Of a DNA stretch of 64,000 nt, positions 23,730 through 51,631 are shown piece by piece. The DNA comes from Antedon mediterranea (lineage: Eukaryota > Animalia > Echinodermata): assembly GCF_964355755.1 (NCBI RefSeq), contig NC_092671.1:15996001-16060000 (forward strand), in the 5' to 3' direction. The notes below the pieces were generated by a model. The model worked only from the letters and a program-made list of their open reading frames with translations, was not told the DNA's origin and did not search any database. The position numbers and the translations under genes are program-made. Numbering within the stretch: the first letter of the stretch is position 1; the number at the start of each line of letters is the position of its first letter.

Positions 23730-26071
23730 ATCAAACGACAATTACATGTCTAAACTTAACTATTAACTAACATTTTTCTTTTTACCTAATAAATTATTTG
23801 TTAATATAAATTGTATTCTTTCTGGTTATATTATATTATTATATGTATTTATTCTTTTGTGAATTAAAATAAATATTCCTTTCGACTAAACTTATTTTCT
23901 TGGTAAATGAAGTGTTGCCTGAAAATGTGTCTAAACGTGTTTTGCCTACTGAAGTTGGTATACGGACAAACGAAAATGAAATCAATACTGAAAACGATAC
24001 TGAAAAACGAAAATCAACGCAAATATAGTCTAATAATAGAAACTAGCCAATCATGTGTATTTATGGGAAAACATTAAACATTTCAAATTGCAATTTTAAA
24101 GACTAGGCCTAACATAGATGCACATGTGACTATCACGACGCGTACACACACGTGACGAACACGTTCGCATATAGTTTAGTACGTCTAGTTTTGAAATGAT
24201 TAAAGAATATTAAAATTGTTTCCAAAATAATCTTCTTGGGGTCTGCACGACTTTTTTTGATATGGATTCTGATATCCGATAAATAAATAAAGAGAATAAA
24301 GAGAAAAGAAAGAAAATAAAATAAAATAAATAGGTATGAATTACAAGGAAAGAATAAATATACACATAGAACAACTGTGAAAAATGGTTAGAAACACCAG
24401 ATCTAATTCAATAAGAAAATTGGGCTGCATGCAGTGTTTATATTATTATTTTGTACATCAAATATATCTATATAGTATAGTGTACAAGTACGATAACAAA
24501 ATATAAAATACTACGAAAGTCAATATTTTACTCATCATCCGAATGTCGCTTGATTGATAGTTACTATAGCCTACAATTTGACGATGACATACTGTTATCT
24601 ATATAATCTAGTTACTGATCGATTGATTGAACAATTGACCAAATAATAGACAAGCGTTATTAACACATAGTCTCTGACCTTTATAATTCTCAATGTCAAA
24701 TATCCAAGTCTAACACATCAATAATACCTATGTATTATAAGAGTCTGATATAAACACATTTTACAACGATAATAAAGTAAATACTGCACAGTTATGGTCA
24801 GGTCAGGTCAGGTTAAAAGGTAAACAAATACATAGTTAAGCTTGGTTCTCACTAGGACGCAACGCAACGACGTAAGCGAAACGCAAGCGAGTTGACCAAT
24901 GGCAAGCGAATAATCCATCGTTTGTGATTGGTCAAATTATTTGCGTTGCGCTTATGTTCTTTACAAAAGTCAGCGCTGGGATTGTGAGACAATGAAACAA
25001 TGATATATTTCATCAATTTAGATTACGGTACCTTTTAGAATGGGCGTGTATCAATTCATGAGAGAAAGAAAATTGGGGTGTGTGTGAAAAAAAGAACATT
25101 TTCTTGAATTTTGGAAAAATACAATTTAGAATAAATCTTCGTCATTTTCCACCAGACTGGAACACTGATGGCAATAGGTCTCCGAGGTATTACAGATTAT
25201 GTTTGTGTTTATGTAACTCTCTTACATGCTTTTAAAATGATTCAATACGAGGTATTTAAACATGTTTTACTCAAATATTATTAGGTAATAAAACCGATAA
25301 CAGTTAGGTACCAGTATACTATGCATTAGTTTGTCTTTTCAACACTTTCAAAAAAGAAATGATACTATGACTATTTTATAACTATTTTTCTAACCATTTC
25401 AACTCTCAACAAACGCCCTAAATACAACCTACCAGGGAACTTATGCAGCTGTTTGAAACGACTCTAACCGTAGTTAAAGAAACCGCACACATCCTATTGA
25501 CTCTGGTTCGATTCTTTCCGAACCAGAGATAATGGAGATATACACATTTTATCTTTTGAAGCACCTATGTTAACTACCGCTCTATTCTATAAATAAACTA
25601 AACCATTTGTAGGTTGTTGACCAGTTCAGTCCCAGATACTGATTTTGTTTAATCGCCCCATTTGATGAAAAAATATATTTATATATAGCAAATATAACTC
25701 CCTTTCTGAGTTGTGTCCAATCATGCTGCAGCCATATTCCTTAATTGTCTATCGCTTAGTTACCTTATAATTATATCATGTATTATTTACTTGACCGCCA
25801 CATTACCCAAGATAGTGAGTTAATAATTAGTTTCTTGTCGGTATTTTTAGCATATAAATCTATTTTAAGCTCTACCATCTCTTGATACTTTAAGTGGGTT
25901 TGAAAATCCATACCCCGCCCCTCTAGGTTTACGCATGCGTGTTTCTTGCACTCATACTCATGTATAAATAAAATGCAATATTGTAATTGCTTTTCATAGT
26001 TCTATGGCAGTTACAGACAGATGGTTTCACATTTTACAACATTTTAAAAGAACAAAACCTTTTTTCTCAAG

Positions 26072-29000
26072 ATGACGTATATAAAATATAAGCGAATTTT
26101 ACCATTTCGAAATCGTGTGCTGTAAGTAATTCAACAATTAAAATAGATAATTGCGATATTATCGTTTCAGTCAGAGTTTAAACGAGTTCACGGCACTGTG
26201 TTTTAATGTAATTTCTTTTATATCTGTACAAATAATTGTATTTAATTTCAGGACGCCTATTCGTAATTTTCTTTGGCCTTCGTCACTATTGGATCTTGTG
26301 GGTTCGATATTGGTCGTTTTCACGATAGTTGAAACAAAGGTGGCATTTTTGGAGCGATGGCGTGAACTACTTTGTGAAGTTGGTGATTACCTGTACGCAT
26401 ATAAAGGTAAGATTGTGAAGTTGGTGATTACCTGTACGCATATAAAGGTAAGATTGTGAAGTTGGTGATTACCTGTACGCATATAAAGGTAAGATTGTGA
26501 AGTTGGTGATTACCTGTACGCATATAAAGGTAAGATTGTGAAGTTGGTGATTACCTGTACGCATATAAAGGTAAGATTGTGAAGTTGGTGATTACCTGTA
26601 CGCATATAAAGGTAAGATTGTGAAGTTGGTGATTACCTGTACGCATATAAAGGTAAGATTGTAAAGTTGGTGATTACCTGTACGCATATAAAGGTAAGAT
26701 ATAGAATTGTTCATACAATGGAAGAAAGTCGTATATCTTTCTGGATGCCTGAGATGGAAGTGGCTCTGAAGGCTCATGCCAAAGGATGTAGGCCTAACAC
26801 TTTAACACTCTTTACTCTTTAACTTTCTTTAAGATGATCGAACATCCATCGCAAATCAGCTGAAGTTATCCGTTGTACTGGGTACTTTGATGTTTGCTGT
26901 TCTTCTCTACATTCGAAAGCTCCTCCTAAGATTATTCTTGTCTTACAAGGGATGGCTATGTAAGTATGCTTACTATTTTTCAAGTTTAGACTTTAGACTT
27001 TTTATTTGCATTTTGCGAAGAAAGCGAAATAAAAGTACTATTACCTGCGAATGTCTAAAATGCAATAGGCGTTCTGTAAAACGACAATAATAATAATACG
27101 TATTATTACTATAGATGAACCTCCGAAGAATGTTTCTAAATGGACCGTTGCTTGGATGTTAATTGTCCGTGTATTGGGAGGATGGACGCCTTCAACATAC
27201 TCGTGTCAGTCTAGTCTTCCGCGCATGCCCGTACCAATCCTAGGCTCCACGATAAGAAAGTTTATGAAGTCAGTGAAACCCGTACTGAGCAAGGAAGAAT
27301 ATGAACAGTTGAAGGAAGAAGGAAAGGTAACTCTTTATGTTTTGTTACTTCACAAAATCTGTACATGAATAATTACCAAATAAACGAAAATGACTCGTGT
27401 ATTGTTTGGCCTATACATAGAATTATCAAAAAACTAAAGTGAATTTTGTTTTCTTATGTTAAAGGAATTTACAAAAACGTTGGGTACAAGTTTGCAATTT
27501 TTGCTGAATCTGAAGGCATGGTGGTCACCTAACTTCGTGTCGGACTGGTGGTAAGAACGTGTTATTGTTTCACCAATCATTTATATTTTTCCCCTTTCTA
27601 TTTATGCTACAAATATTTTCATAAGTTTCATTTTTCTTTCAACAGGGAAAAGTATGTATATTTAGCCTCTCGTTCGCCTCTTCCAATAAATAGTAACTAC
27701 TATGGCTTTGGTAACTTTACTGATCGTCCAACAAACATTCAAAGTGCAAGGTAAATTCAGTCATTTTTTTTTTTCATTAGATAAATAGTTCAAGTGTTTA
27801 ATATTAAATTAACTCATATACTTTACTCAAATTATCAATAAAATTGAAATAGGTAAGCCTAAGGCCTCATTGTCAAATGATTGACAGTATCGTACAATTT
27901 ATCTATACAGTATATTCGAAGTAGCCCTGTTACCAATCAAAATTCATCGTCATATTGTTTTATTTTACAGGGCGGGTGCAATAATACATTACAATCTGTT
28001 ATTTATGCTAATGATCGAAAATGGTGAATTGCCCGGTACAATGATTCGAAACGCCATTCCATTCTGTATGAACCAATACAAACGCGTATTCAGCACAACA
28101 AGGTTGGTTTTATTTTCTAAATTTTCCAAATTGGATATTGGTTGAAAATTTGTCCTTTCTTTTTGTCTTTAAATATATTTGATTAATAAAATTAAACAAT
28201 AATACCTTTTTTGGCAAAGGCCAAGATACCTTTCTGATGAGATAGGGTGTGGAGTAGCCCATTATTTACTTTACATATCTAAAACTCTGTCTACACTATC
28301 AAACTTTATGTGACAAAAATATGTGATATGTCCATATATGGACATGATGATGTCCTATACTGCCAAATTTGGACAATCTGTCAAACTAGTTTGATAGCCT
28401 AGGCTAGGCTTTAGTAACAGTATATGTATTTATTAAAGATCTAATACACCGAATCAGAGTTTTTGCTGACAGTTTTAACACTTTATTCAAAATATTTCAA
28501 TAGAGTTCCCGGTGACGAAATTGATGAACTAGTGCACACCAAATTTTCTGATTCTAAGGTAGGCCTACAACTCAATGAATTATTTTAGTTAATGGTCGTT
28601 ATTGTTACTATTCTAAATCTTTTTTTTTCACTACAAATACATTCACTAAATCCTATCACTCTCTGTCGTTCTTATATAGTACATTGTGGTAAACAGGAAA
28701 GGTGTGATGTATAAATTGGATATCTTTGATAGCTCTGGTCAACTTCTTTCGCCGAAATCATTTCAGGATCAAATTCAATGGATAATTGAAGATGCAGATA
28801 GTAATCAAGGTAGGACATTATTTAAACTTTAACACACAAGAACATACCAAATATTTTAAAACATGCTGAATGCAAAACGAAGGAGTAAGAAAGGATAATT
28901 ACTGAAATGTATCTCCTGATCATTAAACACCTTAACCATTCTGGATCAACATACAGTGTAACCAAGTAATTAACGTAAAGACTATAGACATTCACTGACA

Positions 29001-32000
29001 ATAAATAAATATAACTGAACAAATAAACAAATAAATAATTGATTGAAAATGTTCATCTGGTTTGTAGGTATAAGTATGTTGAAAATATTCTTTTTTCCAA
29101 ACCAATAATTAGTAACAACTAACCTTGACAGTTTCGCTGTCCTGATCGGACAGCTTCTTCAGAAATAATGACGATCTATCATCAAACAGACTGACCTCTA
29201 GAGGGCCTATTCTGTTTAATGACAGGGTCATACACGTGACTGAGTTGGTGGGTGCCCTCGTCTCTGTTGATGATTTGGTTTCCTCGTCTGCGGATCCAGA
29301 TGGCTTCTCTGATGCGTCGGTTGTTTGTATCTGGTTCTCTGTCGATGATTTTAGGTTGTGTCCAGTCTATTATGTGATTTAACTTGGTAACCTTTGACCT
29401 TTCAATTCACTCTTCTATTAACATAGATAAGGCAACACAAATACCATCGCTAACCGGAATGGAACGTTCTGATTGGTCACAAGTTCGAAAGCAATACCTT
29501 ACATCTGGATCGAACAAAGAAATACTTCGCACAGTGGAAAGCGCAGCTTTCTATGTAAGTAGTCGATATTACTTTGAGAAGGCAACTAATTTCGGGTTAT
29601 GGGATTAGTAAAACAATGGGGACACAAGTAAGTAAGGTAGTAAATCTTACTCCACGTTCTATTAATATAATATAGACTGAACTCTTAACTAATATGTAGA
29701 ATCAGCGAATCGACAGGGTCTTAAGATGACATTTAAAAACAAATATAATTTTTGTTATAGATAATACTTGATGAACGTGCTCCCAAGGATATGACAGAAC
29801 AGGGTAAATTCTCAATAACAGGCGACTGTAAAACTGTTTGGTTCGACAAATCTGTATGTGTAATCTTCTACGAAAACGGTAAATTTTGTGTCAACGCAGA
29901 ACATACACCAGCAGACGCACCAGTCTCTGCTCATTTCTTAGAATGGGCAATGGTCAGAGAGTAGGTTTTTTTAATGGTTATGATTTGTTTTATTAGATTT
30001 ACAGTTGGACTATTCATTCGAGGCTATAGTGCGCACGAATACAGATTAATTCACTTAACTATTAATACATTCACAGATTGGGAAGTTACGATGACAGTGG
30101 CAACTGCAAACCATCTAAACAGTCAGTAACTTCTAAACCAACTTTATTAGAATGGGAGATGAGCGAGGAACTCAACTGGCACACTAAACGTGCCTTCAAC
30201 TTTATACAAAGGGTAGGAATAATTTAAAAATTCACATTCTAAATTGAAGGAGAGAATGTACTTCTGTAATTCAATTCCTTTGCATTGGGCATTATAGCTT
30301 GGTGGGAGTTATGGCATGGTACACACGTAGTAGCAGCAGTAATAAGAATGCAGTTTACATTAAGGGACCTAATTTTGAATTTTAGAATAACGATTAGATA
30401 CCATTTAAATGTCGTGAAAGTGTCTAATGTATAAATGGGGACTTTCTTATTCCATCCTATTTATACACATTGCCATGTTGGGAGTACGTAGAAATAGCTT
30501 TATTGGCTGATTATAGACACCAAGTGCATATTAACAAGTTATTACGTATATTTTGCATACAGAACAATAAAGACTTCGACACCATATCAACAAACTTTGA
30601 TGAATACGGCAAAGGATTCATGAAGAAACAAAAGGTAAACATAGAGCTCATTTCAAACATCAATGTTTTGACAATTCTGTTATCCAACCATTCTAAACTT
30701 TACCTCTCTGTTTCACCTGCAATTCATTGCAAATTTTTACAAGAATTCACACGTGTTATTTCTAACAGGTGAGTCCGGACGCCTATGTTCAACTTGCGTT
30801 TCAACTGGCCTACTACCGAGAGACAGGAAAGACACCACTTACGTACGAATCATCAATGACCCGTCTATACTTACATGGACGAACGGAGACGATCCGTTCT
30901 GCCACTTCACAGTCGGTTGAATTCGTCAAGTAAGTTCATATTTGGTTTGAAGCGAAGTGCCACTAATTGATTAAGCAGCCTGGTTCCGACTAGAAAAAAA
31001 TCCTTCCACAACGCAACGACGAAAATAATCAACAATTTCGGATCCCCAAAGTTGCGAAGTACGCAAAAGAACATTTTTCCCCAAATGAAAGATGGGTTTG
31101 TGTCGATAGAGTTCAGGCACGTTCCCAAGGGTGCCGTTATGGCTTTTAACTTTGAGAAGCACTTTGCGTTGATTATTGCGTCTACGTCCTAGTGGGAAAT
31201 GTTTAACTATATCATTTTGTTATAAAAACTATAGGGCGATGGTTAACAATCACCCAAGAAAAGAACGAATTTCACTCCTGAAGAAAGCAACAGATACGCA
31301 CACTTTACTATACAAGGAAAGTATGACAGGGAAGGGATGTGACCGTCATCTCTTTGCTCTATACATCATGTGCAAGGCTATCCATCAGGTTAGTGCATCT
31401 AACTTCTAACTCCTTATTTGTCTACATATAACATTAACTGAAATACAAGTCACCAAATACAAAAGTAAAGAGAGAAACATTATACCATGGAGGAATTTCT
31501 TCATGATTAAAAAGTACTTATCTTGTTCTAAACACATCCTGGTATCTTACATGCCTTCACCTATTTAGTAATTCTTACTAAAATGAAATAGACTAGATGT
31601 ACTTACTATATATTTGACCATACGTGCACTTTGGTATATTTCATATAGCGTTTTACATTATTGTATCATTTAATATTTCAGGAAAGCCCCTTTTTAAAAC
31701 ATGCTTTATCACTCCCATTCACACTATCAACGAGTCAAACACCACAAGGACAAGCCGACCGACCGCCGTTTACAATGGAAACACGGGATAGGGTAAGTAG
31801 TGAAAGTTAGCTATGACAATTTAAACCTACTTAATTAAAGAAACGATGCTACCCAAAATCTCCTTTCGTAAACTCAATAGAACACTATACATTAGGCAAA
31901 AAGATGATTAAAAGGAGGGTTTGATATACAGCGTTCGAAATTCAAACATAAAATAACAATAGGGCCTATCACCTGAATAAAATCAAACGTTCCAAAAATA

Positions 32001-32288
32001 GTATGTATCGACTACTGTACAAATTACTGGATTTATTATTGGTTAACCTTGACAAAGAATGAGAAATTTCCATTAATCGCAACATTATTTCATTGACAGG
32101 CTTCACCAGGAGGAGGCTTTGGGCCGACATCTGATCAAGGGTACGGAGTCTCGTACATGTTTCCAGAAGATTCCAGATTATTTATCCACGTAGCATCAAA
32201 ATATAGTTGTCCGGAGACAAATTCAACTCGGTTTTCTGAGTCAATATCTACTGCTCTCCAAGACATGCGACAGTTACTGGAAGGTTAA
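26072..32288 (+). CDS. CPT1: Carnitine O-palmitoyltransferase 1-like, ~733 aa (N-terminus uncertain)
   Basis: 17 exons: 26072-26121, 26252-26406, 26834-26959, 27115-27326, 27465-27550, 27646-27750, 27971-28102, 28504-28558, 28680-28809, 29427-29554, 29761-29960, 30077-30212, 30563-30634, 30769-30929, 31235-31388, 31682-31792, 32100-32288. Motifs: [34 protein letters not shown], catalytic [66 protein letters not shown]; two N-terminal hydrophobic segments. Confidence 0.92.
26372..26699. repeat. 8 x 41-bp tandem repeat spanning the CPT1 exon-2 end and splice donor
   Basis: TTGTGAAGTTGGTGATTACCTGTACGCATATAAAGGTAAGA starting at 26372, 26413, 26454, 26495, 26536, 26577, 26618 and 26659 (last copy has one mismatch). 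Confidence 0.97.
29100..29378 (-). mobile_element. Penelope-like retroelement 3' fragment (GIY-YIG endonuclease tail plus hammerhead)
   Basis: Minus-strand translation [53 protein letters not shown] matches the PLE GIY-YIG C-terminus pattern and is followed by a hammerhead motif. Confidence 0.85.
29123..29165 (-). ncRNA. Minimal type-I hammerhead ribozyme motif
   Basis: UUU-CUGAAGA-A-GCUGUCC-GAUCA-GGACAGC-GAAA-CU-GUC-AAG: perfect 7-bp stem II and GUC cleavage triplet. Confidence 0.8.
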
Positions 32289-35039
32289 ACACGTTTCCGA
32301 ACTGGTCTAAATAAACCACATCAAACTCTGTTCGTAACGAACCGAAGAAAAACTTAATCCACAAACTGAGAAAAGAGTCGGACATAAACGGACACTTTGA
32401 AAATGTTCACCGATAGTGTTTATCCATCTAATTTCCAATACAATTTACTGGATCACAATAGCAATATATTCCAAAGAGTCCATATTGCTGTATATGGTTT
32501 AAGTAAACCTCTTTAGATGTATATATAAATATGTAAATATTCTCTTTTTATATCCTTTACACACTATATTACAAATACAGTATGTAGTAACTATGTTTGA
32601 TTTGCGATTTTTTTTGTGAATAGAAAACATGAGCAGTGAGACGCCTGTTTTTGCTTCCGACATGGCTGATATTCCTCACAAATAATATAATTTAAAAATA
32701 GCAATATTAATCTTTTTTAATGAAGCTTGGTTCCCACTAGAAAGTAACGAAAGGACGTAAACGCAACACAAGCATTTTAACCAATGACAAGCAAAGTTAT
32801 AGACAGTTAGCAATCACAAGCGAATAAGCCATCGCTTGTGATTGATCAATTTACTTGCGTTGCGTTACGTCCTTGTGTTGCGTCGCTAGTGGGAACCACG
32901 CTTTAGTTCTTGTTAATATTTTTCTGTAATTAATGTAATGTGTATTTGTTTGACAATAAAAGAATAATATACTGTACAAAATGCAATTTTTAAAAAACAA
33001 ACTGATATCTTGGTACCGCAAGCGTTCTTTTAACTGATTTAAAACATCAGTGGCGTCTTTATAAAGCTTAGTTCTCACTAGCGACGCATGGTAACGCAAC
33101 CTACCAAAATGCCCTTCCAATAATTGTGTTTTCCCCCGCCTGTATGAAATCAAACCTGCAATTTCTTCAGCGCTGTTGCGTCGTCGGTTCCCACTTGTGA
33201 TTATATCAAGTTATTTCACTTGTTCTTTGTGTCAATACGTTGCTGTGATTCGTTCTAGTGGGAACCACGCTTTACTTTGGGATCGTCATCGATTCGGAAA
33301 CCATTGTAGGCCTACTCACCAGATCAGATCTGTACTAAAGTAAAGTGTTCTGTCACATGACGATAGGTAACCAATAACCGACACGCATAGAGTCTGCCAA
33401 TAGAGTATATGCATGTTAATGCATCACAAGTATAAATATCCAATCGCATATGTTTGTAATATTGTTTTTAATTACCAATTTTGCGTAGGCCTTAAATTAC
33501 ACACAGATATATTATATATTAATATTGCATTTAAAAATTTACCATACATTTACATATATTCTATATACATGAATAGTTAAGCTTTAAACGAATTTCAAAA
33601 AATGGTTATATATTGTATACTGTGTAAGCATTTCGGACAGGCCAAACATGTATTTCTCTATATCATACAAATATATTGAGTTGTAAAATAAATAATTCTT
33701 TTATAAAAAAAAAAAAAAAACAGGTTTGTGCAAAATGAATTGTTGCTTTAGACAAATGAGATTAGGAGTAAGTTACAATCTTACTTTATGTTTATATTTT
33801 GGGTGTTCTCAAATGTAAAAATTGTTCCAAAAGTCCCACAAAACATGCAAGGTCTAAATTTACTGGCTGCAGCCAATTATATGCATACCAAATTTCATGG
33901 GAGTGCACTTACTGTACCCACCTCTTCCGTGATACCGAAATTTGTTAAAAAATTACTATAATTGGTCCTATTTGAACAATTTCAAGTTAAATGAAACAAA
34001 AGTTATTGTTTCTACCTGCAGGATTTTGATCTATTTTGTTATGACACGCCAAATGTGCTAAAAATGTTTTCTTTATACAAATATTAAGCCAAATCGCCAT
34101 TTATAACCTGGACTACAATAGCTAATATGCATTACATTCAGCTACATATGGCATTTATCGATTCTAGCAGAAGCGCTGACACTATCAAACTAGTTTAACA
34201 AAAAAGTGTCTACCAAATATGGTAATGATATGCTTAAATATGGTACTGATATGACATCATGTCGATATATAAGCACATCACATTTGACAAATGTTCTGTA
34301 TACTTTTATATTATGTTGTGTGAAACAAAACTTGACAATAAAAGTACTAGTGATGGACATTTAGCTTTAAATGGCATTATCGACATAAATGCATTCTCAA
34401 AAGTAGATGACATCATATTAGGAAGGATTTTAATTGCAAATACTGTACTACTACTAATTTTCCAAAGCTATTCAATTTTACAATTAGATGCTGTAAAATT
34501 CAAAATTCAAATTCAAATCAAAGATATGCTAAAAAGTATTTGCGGCCACTGCATGGAATCAGTCCATCAATTTTATACTACCAATGACAAGACAGTCTTC
34601 TTATGTGAATATGCAAAAAGTTATTTTCATTGTAATAAAAAAATTAATTCAGCAACGACAATAGTATATTAAGCAAACTGTTGATGCGGCATAAACTGAG
34701 TGATGAATAGTAGGCCGACACTGTATAAATAATTCATACACCGTGTACGCCTAGGAATGAATATGTTATACAGTACTATCCAGAATTGAGTAACGTTTTT
34801 TTTTTGGGTAAAATAAATGATGGATTTTTATATAATACACACACTATAATATTCCCCAATAACCTTAAATACAAGTTGTACATTCTTTAAAATCATAGCT
34901 ACTTTAAGCAGTAGCCAAATAACTATGATGAAATACACCTCATTTTAATGTATAGAGCACCATATAAAATGTTTACATCTCTTAATCTTTCCCCAAAATA
35001 TAAGAACTATGTACAGTACCATCTGGTAACATATTATTT

Positions 35040-49575
<14,536 letters not shown>

Positions 49576-51052
49576 CTTGGATACTTACTTTAATACAACA
49601 TCTATAAATATAATCATTATAACAAATTAACATTAATATTTCATAATAAAAAACGACACAGAGGAACAAAACATTTTAGAATCAAATTTGTTACCTTTAT
49701 TTTATTCTCATTCTCAACCCTATACTTAAAGCCAACCTTTGAAAAAATTAAATAGAATCTGGAAAAAAATCAACAGAAATAACATATGTAGCGTTTTCAG
49801 AACACCATGTTAAATAAACTTCTTAATGGAGGGACTTACAGTATGAGAAACAAAATTACTGTAAAATGATTAGCCTACGTTACTGAATTATTAAAAATAA
49901 TAAGACAAATTTTGTTGATCGCCTAAATTCAAACGGGGAAAAAAGAAAGTGACAAGTCACACACAAGTGCCTATGCTTATACACTGTCTTTTACTTATCA
50001 TCTTTTTTCCATTGGATTTCAAGCAATTTTTCAATTTTTTTCATAAAGTTTACAGTAAAAAGTTAAGGAATTACAAATTTTTAAGTAACTTGTCCTCCAA
50101 AACTATGCTGGCCGTGCTATGTTATTTCTGTTGATTACGCTTCCCTGCACACAGAGCATCGATCGAAGATGTCTTCCATTTCGTGAAACAGGCGTATTTA
50201 TTGAAAAGACTTTGTTTGGATCTCTAAGCAAACCCCATCGATGTCGTGTCTTTTTTTTTTAGACAGATTATTTAGAGGAATATATATATATATACATATC
50301 AGATGTAGTCACAAGGAAAGGGAACAATCTCTGTTCAAACCACTGGGGAAATATCAAAGGCCTCCGTTAAAAAGTGGTCAGGTCGAAACCTTACCAATTG
50401 TACTGGGGGCTATGGCCCTGTATATACAGTATAGGAAATAAGTCAGTCAGAAAATAAAAATGAATATTATGATGGCATACATAATGCGTGGATGTGGTGT
50501 GATATTCATTAACGCAAAACAATCTAGCCTTATTAGAGGGTCATGCTAATCTTCGCCCGGTGGTCCTGGTATCACCCGTTTCTGATATAAAATACATGCT
50601 AAAATAATATTTAATTAATTTAATTGTACGTTTTGTACATTTAGGCCTATAATAGCCTAGCTAGGCTAGGCCTACCTATATATTAATTATATCTTCTTCC
50701 AATTTATTTAGTGCAAACTTCAGACTAGGCGTATAGGACTAGGCCTAGGGTAGGCCTACTATACTATATATTATTATCAAAAAGCAAAGAACAGAAAGAC
50801 CCCATATACTAGGCCTAGCTAGCGGTGGACTAATACTATAGTACTACTCTCTAGGCTCTATATAGTAAACCTACTGTACTACTTTAGTGGGCTTCAAATT
50901 CTAGGCCTGAGGTTGGCCCTACTTCTCCCGTTTAGTTTGGTTTTGGTGGTGGTGGTGGTGGTTTTGGTGGTGGGAGGAGTTTGATTTTGAGTCTCATCAA
51001 AATCATAACAAACGTATAAATTTAACACAATTAAATAAAACTAAATGCTTAC

Positions 51053-51631
51053 CTTTTTCACCTACATCAAAAATAAAAATTCTTTTCAATTCAAAATGAC
51101 ATCTACCAAGATTTTATACAAATATAAAACATCTAGCCTGGGCCTAGGCTAGATAGAGTAGGCCTAGAGGGCTTAGTTTAGTTAGGCTAGTATAGTATCG
51201 GTCGAAGCCATTTTTATTTTTAAGATTTTTTGTTTTCACATGATTTGACCCCTCTGGACCAATCACTACGCCAAATCTCGCTTAGACAATAATATAGTTC
51301 TGATTCATCACACATACATTGGTATAATTGAGCATATTTCATTCCAATCGTGCATAAATTTGTATCAAGTTAATAAAACTAAGTATACGAGTTTTTAGTA
51401 AAATATCTATATCGTTATAGTAATGAAAAAAAAAAAAATTAGATTAGTGATATTAAAATTATCATCTGTGTGTTATCCGGTGATGACATCTATTTCCGGA
51501 AGACATTTTTTCTAACTTCCGTCGTGAGCTATCTTACGAACATACGCATTTCTTCTAATTTATTGATACATTTGGGCTCGTAAAGCAAACAGCGTTTGCA
51601 TGTTTCAGTAGCAGTTAATATATTTTATCTG
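51053..51631. promoter_or_regulatory. Putative bidirectional promoter with non-coding first exons of USP8 (-) and GABPB (+)
   Basis: Minus-strand donor GTAAG at 51052; plus-strand donor GTAAGT at 51632; YY1-like GCCATTTT ~51208, CCAAT ~51259 and ~51344, ETS cores TTCCGGAA ~51494 and ACTTCCG ~51515. Confidence 0.6.

Noticed and set aside
26372-26699. CRISPR-like 41-bp repeats
   Set aside because: Head-to-tail with no spacers; the unit is a CPT1 exon/intron junction.
28234-28260. CTGATGA hammerhead core candidate (also ~18911 and ~48166)
   Set aside because: No stem II followed by GAAA.
34259-34672. 137-aa plus-strand ORF
   Set aside because: Begins inside a MITE, lies antisense to the likely USP8 3' UTR and has no recognisable motif.
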